Of a stretch of 36,249 nucleotides of DNA, positions 1 to 9,699 are shown piece by piece. Made by a program: the position numbers and the translations under genes. The notes below the pieces were generated by a model. The model ran no database searches and had not been told where the DNA came from. It saw only the letters and a list, made by a program, of their open reading frames with translations. This stretch comes from Octopus sinensis (taxonomy: Eukaryota): the NCBI RefSeq assembly GCF_006345805.1, contig NW_021824709.1:1-36249 (forward strand). Reading direction: 5' to 3'. Each line of letters starts with the position of its first letter. Within the stretch, counting starts at the first letter, position 1.

Positions 1-684
1 TTGGAGACAGGTGTTGGCTTGTTTTGCGTGAAAACATTGTTGATATGAGAATAATAATTATAATTATCATTTTATTCGTCACAAGGGTGAACGGATGTGC
101 GGATATTGGAAATTAGTAAAACGACTTCAGAATTGATTATGGAAAACAAGAGGCATGGAAAAGAACTACGGTAAAGGATGTGTCCCTTGGATGCACACCA
201 CCACCACCACTCCAGGATCAATCAAAGAACTCTATAGATACTGGATTACCCTGACCAGGGCCAGCGATAGGAAGTGCGGGGTCCAATTAGAGAATTGTGA
301 GTAGAGCCCTCTACTCTAAAAAAGCTGAAGATTGATGTTAAATGCTTCATGTAGTACGTCAATCCTAGTCAAAAAGCGTTCAGGGCTTGAGTGGTTCCAC
401 CATTAGCCACAATGGTTTACTAAATTTCATCATAGCGTTCACTGCTTGAACATGTGCACGGGGTTCTTTCTTGGAGCGGGGTCAAATTTGAACCAAATCT
501 GTCCAATTGGCTTAAAACCGTTTCTGAGCTTAACTATGAAAGGCAAGTGCCCTTCTCCCGGCTGTATTCTTTGGTCTACAGGTACAGGCTAAGTGTAGAT
601 CTATACACACAGTTCTCACCCACGTCTTTTAGCAAACTCTCCCCCAGCATCCTCGCCTTCCTCTCCGCGCGGAACATGAAGAAG

Positions 685-885
685 TTTACTCTTTTACTTG
701 TTTCAGTCATTTGACTGTGGCCATGCTGGAGCACCGCCTTTAGTCGAGCAAATCGACCCCGGTACTTATTCTAAGCCCAGTACTTATTCTATCGGTCTCT
801 TTTGCCGAACCGCTAAGTTACAGGGACGTAAACACACCAGCATCGGTTGTCAAGCAATGCTAGGGTGACAAACACAGACACACAA

Positions 886-926
<41 letters not shown>

Positions 927-1086
927 CATATATACGACAGGCTTCTTTCAGTTTCGGTCTACCAAATCCACTCACAAGGCTTTGGTCGGCCTGAGGCTAT
1001 AGCAGAAAACACTTGCCCAAGATGCCACGCAGTGTGACTGAACCCGGAACCATGTGGTTGGTAAGCAAGCTACTTACCACATAGCC
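685..1086 (-). mobile_element. tRNA-headed SINE, family A
   Basis: Reverse complement reads GGCTATGTGGTAAG (A-box-like)...GGTTCAGTC (B-box-like)...CTTGGGCAAGTG, an internal (TA)n(TG)n tract, and tail GGCGGTGCTCCAGCATGGCC...GAAACAAGTAAAAGAG. Five similar copies in the window. Confidence 0.9.
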
Positions 1087-1773
1087 AGAGGATTTGTCCA
1101 GAAGGGAAAGTTTCAGACCTCTGTTTTTTCAATATTGTCCAGTAGGCAATCTCTTTCTCCATAGCTATTATTTAAAGGAAAGCTGTTAGGTAGGACGTGT
1201 TTATCCTATATAAATAACTTTTCATAAAGCCATTCAGTCCACTCATCTGTTAAATAGGTAACGCTGCGATGGAATAACCTTTCGAACCTGGGAAATGTAG
1301 GCCAGCCCACCAGCCAGCCAGCCAGCGGGGTGGCACCTTTAGAAAACTAAAACAAAGCGAATCACATTGTGATCAGCGATGTATGACGTACACACATAAA
1401 CACACATACAACCACTCTTCGTTTACCCATACCTTTATCTTCTCTTCTAAGCAAACACACACCTACATACATAGATATAAGCGTACATACACACAGGCAT
1501 AACACCAAATACCAGACAGACTCAGGGCAGACCTTGGAGCGAGAGGGAAAGTTTATAAAAAGTTACTGGAAAGGTGGCGAACGGCGACGAAAGCACTTTG
1601 AATCACAAACAACCGGTTGATTGCTTAAACATTAAACAAACAATCGATTAGTTAGTTGGTTAGATACTTAACCAATTGACTTGCAATAGAGAAGTGGGAT
1701 CGAACCTATGCGAGTGTTGTTATTATTGGTGTAATGACCCTCCCAGGCACAACAACATTTGTCCCCAGTTAAA

Positions 1774-2114
1774 CTCTTTTGCTTGTTTCAGTCAGTTGAC
1801 TGTGGCCATGCTGGAGCACCGCCTTTAGTCGAGCAAATCGATCCCGGGACCTATTCCTTGTAAGCCTAGTACTCATTCTATCGGTCTCCTTTGCCGAACC
1901 GCTAAGTTACGGGGACGTAAACACACCAGCATCGGTTGTCCAGTGATGTTGGGGGGACAAACACAGACATACAAACATACACACATACACACACACACAC
2001 ATATATATACATATATATATATACGACAGGCCTCTTTCAACTTCCATGTACCAAATCCACTGAACTCGGAACCATGTGGTTGGTAAACAAGCTACTTACC
2101 ACACAGCCACTCCT
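1774..2114 (-). mobile_element. SINE family A, internally deleted
   Basis: Same head and tail as 685-1086, but about 67 bp between AAATCCACT and GAACTCGGAACC is missing (ACT microhomology). Confidence 0.9.
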
Positions 2115-2342
2115 ACAAACGTGGATATTTTGTTGGAACAAACTATACTGTAATAGATTCCACAAGAGAAACTCTCATATTGGCTTTTTTGTTTCAAAAT
2201 ACACTCTTGCTTATATCATTTGCGAGATGATAACTTCCTGCGACGTCCAGAGTCAAGGCCATCATCGTGTGTTCTGACCTTATTTGGTCTTATTAATGAT
2301 GGACACTCAATCGCTACAGATAGCATTTATTCATTTCCCTGT

Positions 2343-2643
2343 GGAGGCACATGACCTAGTGGTTAAAGCAGCGGACTCACGGTCGAGGGATGGTGGGTTC
2401 GAATCTCAGACCGGGCGATGTGTGTGTTTATGAGCGAAACACTTAAGCTCCACGCGGCTCCGGCAGAAGGTAATGGCGAACTTCTGCTGACTCTTTCGCC
2501 ACAACTTTCCCTCACTCCTTCCCCCTGCATCTTGCAGCTCACCTGAAACGAACCGGCGTCCCGTCCAGGTGAGGAACCTATACGCCAAGGAAACCGGGAA
2601 ACCGGCCCTTATGAGCCAGGCGTGGCTCGAGAAGGAACAAACA
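2343..2643 (+). mobile_element. tRNA-headed SINE, family B
   Basis: GGAGGCACATGACCTAGTGGTTAAAGC...GGGTTCGAATCTC tRNA-like head with A/B boxes; tail GAAGGAACAAAC. Near-identical inverted copy at 5628-5934. Confidence 0.9.
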
Positions 2644-3249
2644 TCTCCCCGCCAGCGATTTATAGAAAAACAGCGTCAGGACAAGCGCTGGTGTTGCGAT
2701 TAGCCTGTGAACTCATTAAAGTATATATTAGCAACAGAAGCAGTATCAATACCGGCAGGTAACATTTATCCCCACATAAACATGAGTGTTCTGTTAGAAC
2801 AAACTATACTTCCGTAGATAACATGAGAGAAACTAAGACACGAATTCACATCAAGAATCTTGCAAGCCAAACACAAACACGAAACAAAAGAACTATATAA
2901 TGAGTTTATTACAAATCATATTCTATTTGAAGGTTTTATCATCGCCATTCAGTGAAATCGCTCGAAAATACATTTTGATTAGAATTGTGGACGGTTGCCG
3001 TACTGAAATAATTATCATTTGTTCTTGACGGCAATATTAACGAAGGTTTTGTTGTTTTTCTCTTGCGTAGTTTACAGTTTTGGAAGAAATAGTGATTCCT
3101 TAGCATTTGTGGAATGTTGTTTCTTTCTTCTGGCTTGCAAACATATCGGAAATAATTAGACTGTCACATAACAACACATCAAACATGATGAGGGGCTATA
3201 ATTACATTATACATTCAAAACGAAAAACCAAAATTTATACAATAACAGC

Positions 3250-3770
3250 TAAAAAAAACAACAACGGCGACCACGACCACGACGACCACGACGACGGCAA
3301 AAGCTGCAAAAACAAGAAGGATAACAAGAACAATATCTGAAACAAGAATAACAACAGCAACAACAACAGCACCACCACCACCAGCAAGGACAACAGCAGG
3401 AACAACAATAGTAACAGCAACAGCAGCAGCAAGGACAACAGCAGCAGCAGCAAAAACAGCAGCAGCAGCAAAAACAGCAGCAGCAGCAGCAACAGCAGCA
3501 CCACTACCAGCAAGGACAACAGTGGCAACAGTAACACCAGCAGCAGCAGAAAAAACAGCAGCAGCAGCAAAAACAGCAGCAGCACCACCACCAGCAAGGA
3601 CAACAATAGGAACAACAACAACAGCAGCAGTAGTTGTAGTAGCAACAGCAGCAACAACAACCGCAACAACAACAACAACAACAACAACAACAACGACGAC
3701 AACAATAAAAACAGCAGCAAGAAAAAGAGCAATAACAACAACATCGAGAGCAGCAGCAACAGAAAACTCA
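3250..3770. repeat. Compound CAG/CAA/CAC trinucleotide low-complexity tract
   Basis: Direct reading. The poly-Q frame contains TAG TAA near 3409, so it is not an intact poly-Q CDS. Confidence 0.9.
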
Positions 3771-3794
3771 GGAAAACATTAGCATCATACCATG

Positions 3795-4285
3795 CTCCAC
3801 CACCACCACCACCACCACCATTATATCCCCCGCGACAACTCCACCACCATGTAGAATATTTCCCACTTCGGTAGAATCATCCTCCACCACCACCACCACC
3901 ACCGCCGCCGCCGTCTTGCCAATAAAATTATTTAATATTTATGCCAAAACAAGGCGACATTTTATAGCTTCTCAAGTCTTCTCTCTCTCTTTCTCTCTCT
4001 TTCACTTTCACTTTCCCCCTTTTTTCTCTCTTCTCCTCTTCCTCCTCCCCCCAAACTTCGTTTCTCTTGTTTTGTTTGCTCATTTATCATTTAACTCTAA
4101 TCATTCGGCAGCAGCAGTATCACCGCCATCACCACCACCACCACCACCAGCGCCGCCAGTACTTCCACCACTATCAACACCACCACCATCGCCGTCACCA
4201 CCAGCACGAGTATCACCTTCAGCGCCACCACCACCACCATCATCATCATCATTATTATTATTATCATCATCATCACCACTACTAT
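3795..4285. repeat. CAC/CAT trinucleotide tracts with a pyrimidine-rich spacer
   Basis: (CAC)n at about 3795-3910 and (CAC/CAT/TAT)n at about 4110-4280. Confidence 0.85.
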
Positions 4286-4339
4286 TGCAAGTTTCTAGAA
4301 TGTCGTCAGGTGTCCATAGACTAAACCCCGCGTGCCGAG

Positions 4340-5520
4340 CTCAATAGAATTTCCATCTTAACACTCCGTAGAGGACAAATGGTGTGGGGGAGGGCAGCGA
4401 CTATGTTCTCGGGTAAGTGCTGGATATTGAGAAAGATTAACTGGCTTGTCTGTCTGAATGACATCCAGTCCCGGATTTATGAATAACTTCCAGAAATCGC
4501 CGATATGAAAATGATTGTGGGAGGTACTGCCACTTCAAGATATTTCTATAGATATATGGTAACGCTGCCATTCAAGCTTGTTCAAGATACGCACAGAGGG
4601 ACGAAACTATTCCTGTATCTACTCATTCAACGTACGAACATTACGGATCCGATTATTATGAAGTCTATCACGGAGACCCTTGCACTGCATTCTTTTAGTT
4701 GCGAAGTTCTCCTGTATTCGGTAACTATGGTAACATAGGTTGTGTGCTGGACTCATTTGAAAGAACTGAAGAGAGATGTTTTCTTCTTCGGCTAAGTTCT
4801 TTTCGACTCCAAGTTCTACTTGAAGAAAGATGAGAGTAGAAATGCAATTCACAGAGAAAGCACGAATGAGATTGGCAACAAAATACAAGGAAAAGAAAGT
4901 TGGAGCAAGGATCTCACCTTTCTTGACACTATTCTCTATAGGAATGGGTCCCGCCATGCCACTACCGACATTAACCATCCCATCATAAAACAATTTAATT
5001 CTCAATACAAAGTGACTCCAAGAACGAAGTTTGCCAAGTATTTTCTTCAGAGAGGATCTATTCACTCTATCAAAGGCTTTAATGAAATCAATGAAAACCT
5101 GGACGCGATGCATATTCTATTCATAGCATTTCTCCTGCATTTGTCTTGCTATGAAAATCATATCCTTTGTTCCTCTACCAGAACAGAAACCACACTGAGT
5201 TTCAGAAAAGACATCAGTTACAAAGTATTCATTCGAGCGGGTAAGAAGAATACTTATCAGAACCTTGCCAGCAGTTGGCAGTATAGTAACACCTCTATGA
5301 TTGTCACATTTATTCTGCTCCTTTTGCTTTATAGAGAAGAACAATTGCATCCTTCCAGTCCTTGGGGACAGCACCATTCTTCCGGACTGCACTAATAAGT
5401 TCGTGAAGCTTTTGTGTGACACAACCCCGCCAAAGTGCAAGACCTCAGCGCAAATTCCGCCCTTACAGATGCTTTACCAAGTTACTACCGCGTCACAAAG
5501 CTTTTTATCCACTTCTCTGT
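4340..5520 (-). mobile_element. Decayed RTE-clade LINE, reverse transcriptase region
   Basis: Minus ORFs give HRGVTILPTAGKVL, SETQCGFCSGRGTKDMIFIARQMQEKC, VFIDFIKAFDRVNR and VKKGEILAPTFFSLYF (RTE RT motifs), with stops and frameshifts. Confidence 0.85.
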
Positions 5521-5627
5521 TGTTTAAGCCAACTACCGATATTCATCTAACCCTATATCATAATAATAATACTACAGTATATCACTGGGATATAACACGA
5601 TAAAATACTATAGCAATACAACATAGT

Positions 5628-5934
5628 GTTATGTTGTTGTTCCTTCTCGGGCCATGCCTGGCTCATAAGGGCCGGTTTCCCGGTTTCCTTGGCGTATAGG
5701 TTCCCCACCTGGATGGGATGCCGGTCCGTCGCAGGTGAGCTGCAAGATTCCGGAGGAAAGAGTGAGAGAAAGTTGTGGCGAAAGAGTCAGCACAAGTTTG
5801 CCATTACCTTCTGCTGGAGCCACGTGGAGCTTAAGTGTTTCGCTCATAAACACACACATCGCTCGGTCTGAGATTCGAACCCGCGATCCCTCGACTGCGA
5901 GTCCGCTGCTCTAACCACTAGGTCATGTGCCTCC
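5628..5934 (-). mobile_element. SINE family B
   Basis: Reverse complement of the 2343-2643 family with a GAAGGAACAACAAC tail. Confidence 0.9.
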
Positions 5935-6011
5935 ACACAATATTATTATACAATAATGAAATACAGTAATACAATGTGGTAAAACACTATAATTAATACA
6001 ATTAATTAATC

Positions 6012-6076
6012 TGCTGACTCTTTTGCCACAACTTTCTCTCACTCTTTCCTCCTGCATCTTGCAGCTCACCTGCGAC
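6012..6076 (+). mobile_element. SINE family B internal fragment
   Basis: CTGCTGACTCTTTTGCCACAACTTTCTCTCACTC...GCAGCTCACCTG matches the family B middle. Confidence 0.75.
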
Positions 6077-6089
6077 TGACTGTAAATAA

Positions 6090-6310
6090 AGCTGGCAGAA
6101 TCGTTAGCACGCCGGGCGAAATGCTTTGCGGTATTTCGTCCGCCGCTGCGTTCTGAGTTCAAATTCCGCCGTGGTCGACTTTGCCTTTCATCCTTTCGGG
6201 GTCGATAAATTAAGTACAGTTACACACTGGGGGTCGTTGTAATCGACTTAATTCGTTTGTCTATCTTTGTTTGTCCCCTCTATGTTTAGCCCCTTGTGGG
6301 TAATAAGAAA
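6090..6310 (+). mobile_element. tRNA-headed SINE, family C (Deu/Nin-like central domain)
   Basis: GCTGGCAGAATCGTTAGC head, GAGTTCAAATTCC B box, core GTCGACTTTGCCTTTCATCCTTTCGGGGTCGATAA resembling, from recall, the Deu/Nin-type conserved SINE domain; tail GCCCCTTGTGGGTAATAAGAAA. Confidence 0.85.
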
Positions 6311-6334
6311 ACGTATAATTAATACAATATAGTA

Positions 6335-6562
6335 ATACTGATTTCAAATTTTGGCACAAGGCCAGCAATTTCGGGGGATGAGACTAGTCAATTACATCAA
6401 TCCCAATGCTCAACTGGTACTTATTTTATCGACCCCGGAAGGATGAAAGGCAAAGTCGAAAGGCAAAGTGGACGAAAGGCAAAGTGGACGAAAGGCAACG
6501 TGGACGAAATGCCGCTAAGCATTTTTTCAGGAGTGCTAACGATTCTGCCAGCTTACCGCCTT
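6335..6562 (-). mobile_element. SINE family D (same core as C, different 3' tail) with an internal 16-bp tandem repeat
   Basis: Plus-strand tail ATTTCAAATTTTGGCACAAGGCCAGC, core GGATGAAAGGCAAAGTC, and GAAAGGCAAAGTGGAC repeated in place of the B-box segment. Confidence 0.8.
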
Positions 6563-7103
6563 ATACAGTATAGTAATATAATAGCATAATACAATATGCT
6601 TGTGTAAATCAATGGTGTAATACAATAATATATTATATTGTAATGATATAATAATGTAATACAGTAATATAATATATTGTAATATTATAATATAGTCATA
6701 CAATATGATTTTTCTGATCGAAAGAAACTGGAATTTATATCTCAACATCGTGAATAAATTGGAAAAGCTATGAATATATTTAATATGTCAAAATTAGATA
6801 TTTTAATTTGATTCAGAAATGTTATTAATATTTTGGCAAATAACGATAAAATATTGATTGTCCACAATGTTACTCACCAAAATGGCGAATGTTTGGAATC
6901 GCAAACAGAAATAAACTTATTAAACGTTTAGGAATTATTAAAGAATTAGTAAAGAAATCTGTTAAGAAGAATGAAAACAAACAAAGGAAATGAGTTTAAA
7001 ATGACGGAAGCAAAAAAAAAAATCTTTGTGCTGCATTTGCTGGGAAGAAAATGATAATTCGCGTCTTAAACTTGTGGGTATGTGGCAGATGCGGCAAGAG
7101 TTG

Positions 7104-7157
7104 AATGTGGAGCTGATGAAGGAGCAATAACTCCTGAAATATGCATATACACCCATT
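7104..7157 (+). ncRNA. Minimal type-I hammerhead ribozyme-like motif
   Basis: CTGATGA (7113-19), stem II AGGAG/CTCCT, GAAA (7136-39), palindromic stem III TATGCATA, triplet ATA, and stem I AATGTGGAG/CACCCATT with one mismatch and one bulge. Confidence 0.7.
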
Positions 7158-7174
7158 ACTTAATTTATTTTTAT

Positions 7175-7647
<473 letters not shown>

Positions 7648-8474
7648 TTTTTAAAAAGTGTGTTCAAGTGAGATTGTAATTGATCTAATTACTCATTAAA
7701 AATAACAGCAACGATAAAAAAAACCCATCTACGTCAGCAAAACGGATAGTACTCCAGCATGGTCTTAACTTCGATGTCAGTAACAAACCATGGAACCTCA
7801 GACAATAGGAAGAACTATTAGTATCATTGACTGTTTTAATGTTTTATGGAGGGAAAAGTACAATTTTTATTCAGTTAGAAATTGTAATTCTAGGCAATAT
7901 AATTTGCATAAAATCTTTTACGATTCCTTAGATTAACTGGAATATCGATTTATTCTGATTAGTGGAAAATTAAGATGTTTTCCTCTGATGATCCATTACC
8001 GTTGGACATCCAAATGCACTCGGAACATCCAATGCTGAGTTCTAATTATCTGAAGAGATGAAACGTGTGTAAGAACTAATAATTTATATTGTGTTTGCCT
8101 TAATTTTCCACAATTTATGTTCTGTGTATCATAAGTAGTAACCTTGCTTAGTACAGTGGTACAGTGGTATCGACTAAGCATTATACTGGAAGCTAACTGG
8201 ATATGAGAATCTACGAGGAGCTCTTACTCATACAACAGTAGTCGTACATCTAGCTATACGCACAAGATGTTTATTTTGATTAGGGAGAAGATTCAATCAA
8301 TTATATTGAAAGTATCGTGCGACTGGTTCTTATTTTATTAATCCTTAGGCAAGTTGACTCTAATATGTATCGAATACAGTGGTTCCCAACTTGGGGTCCA
8401 CGGGTCCCTGGTGGTCCGCAAGGGTGGTACTGGTGGTCCGTGAACTAAATTCAAAATTTCATATATATATATAT

Positions 8475-8970
8475 TTTTTTTTCTCTAGTTTCAGCTCAGA
8501 GCTGCGGCCATGCTGATGCACCGCCGTTTTGTGCTACACTGTTATTGCGAAGAACCTCGTCTAATATGTGGCACTTGGTGAAGAATGGAGTTTGATATAG
8601 CTACTCTCATTTGCACCTCTTGCCGTGAGGTAGGTTCATCTGGGACTCTCGACAGGAAGATGTCCAGCTTGATTTAAAAACCGCTACATCTACTTTGTGC
8701 AAGTTCCTCAGACTCTTTGGGAGAATATTAAAAAGCTGTGGGCCCTTGAAACCCAGGCTGTTGCAGAAGCTGGTCCTGAAGCGTGATGGCATTGCTGGGA
8801 TCTTTGGCACTATGCAGTGTCGTCCCGTTCTAGCATTGGTGTAGCTTACAATGCCAAAATTTGGCACAATTCCTTCCAGGATCTTTCAGACATATATTAC
8901 TACATACCTCTCCTGTCTTCTCTCCAGGGAGTAGAGTCTAAGCTGTTTCAACCTTTCCCAGTAGCTGAGC
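8475..8970 (-). mobile_element. 5'-truncated CR1/L2-group LINE, 3' end
   Basis: Minus strand reads SYWERLKQLRLYSLERRQERYVVIYV*KILEGIVPNFG...SLGFKGPQLFNILPKSLRNL (CR1-like ORF2 C-terminus), then a 3' UTR and A-rich tail, flanked by (TA)n. Confidence 0.8.
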
Positions 8971-8976
8971 TATATA

Positions 8977-9180
8977 TATTACGGAGATGTGTACTTGCAT
9001 AGCAAGTGACCTGATCTGATATCGGTGCTGAAACAAAAACTATTGCAGCGTGGAAGGTGTTTATAAGCCATTTAAAACACACAAAAACCGTTAGGTTCAC
9101 TTCAACATTTAAATTTAATTTGCCAAAATATTTTCATCGCTTTGAGACCGCGACCTGATCACTAACAAAATTCCGTAATA
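8977..9180 (-). mobile_element. ~200-bp non-coding element carrying a hammerhead-like motif (possible PLE pLTR-derived)
   Basis: Bounded by a 9-bp inverted repeat TATTACGGA (8977-85) / TCCGTAATA (9172-80) and contains the 9120-9168 motif. The PLE link is inference. Confidence 0.5.
9120..9168 (-). ncRNA. Minimal hammerhead-like motif with G3:C8 core variant
   Basis: Minus strand: TTGTTA-GTGATCA-G-GTCGC-ggtctcaaa-GCGAT-GAAA-ATAT-T-T-TGGCAA. Stems I, II and a palindromic III are in correct order; the core is GUGAUCA instead of CUGANGA. Confidence 0.6.
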
Positions 9181-9699
9181 AGCATATTAAAAATCGATCC
9201 GTGGGAAAACTCATTTAAATAAAAGGGAACTACTGTGAAAAGGCTGGGAACCACTGTGTCAAGGTAAAGTGTGCAATCGTTTCTCCCAATTCTCCAACCA
9301 AATTTACTTCAATTTATAAAGACTGTCTTATCGGGAAGTTAGCAGTCCGAACTAACGAACCCTTAATCTCCACTGTGAATACTCTTGATCAAAACAACGT
9401 TGAACTTTCTATGGCAAGGGGACCAGCCATTGTTAGTCAACTTTATTCGGGGGAACTCTCATAGGCAACCGTCAAGTCAAACTCAATAGAAGACTTGAAG
9501 ATTTCAGCAGAAAGAAAGAGTAATTTCAAATTTATCTCACATAACTTCCAACGTATGTTCTCTAACCAAAAGAATGTCTGTTCATTCTTAACACTTCTCC
9601 AGTTAATAAAAACTGACCATGTAATCCTCTTAATGAACTTCCCTGACAAATCTGTTCTAAACACGATAGCAAAATCTTTGGGCTAAAAAGCAAATAATA

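Larger units (their letters stand above)
8377..9256. mobile_element. hAT-type MITE carrying nested insertions
   Basis: Termini CAGTGGTTCCCA (8377) and TGGGAACCACTG (ends 9256) are perfect inverted repeats of hAT type, with GGTCC subterminal repeats. No matching 8-bp TSD found. Confidence 0.7.

Noticed and set aside
255-680. Possible DNA-transposon fragment starting CAGGGCCAGCG
   Set aside because: No partner terminus or recognisable protein motif found.
2343-2420. tRNA gene calls at SINE heads (also 5860-5934, 25369-25440)
   Set aside because: A/B boxes are present but each continues into SINE body and tail, and no complete cloverleaf could be drawn.
3235-4347. Poly-L, poly-T/A, poly-H and poly-P ORFs
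   Set aside because: Read-through of trinucleotide repeats; the Q frame has stops; no flanking domain or splice support.
6700-7100. Possible host pseudogene (large GTPase-like) on the plus strand
   Set aside because: Only two or three short residue matches and many stops; a PLE remnant is equally possible; unsupported.
8046-8075. CTGAAGA-GAT-GAAAC-GTGT-GTA hammerhead-like string
   Set aside because: Stem II is absent, so at best an inactive relic.
9300-9620. Plus-strand RTE C-terminal relic (QLYSGELS)
   Set aside because: A single short motif; too decayed to list as a feature.
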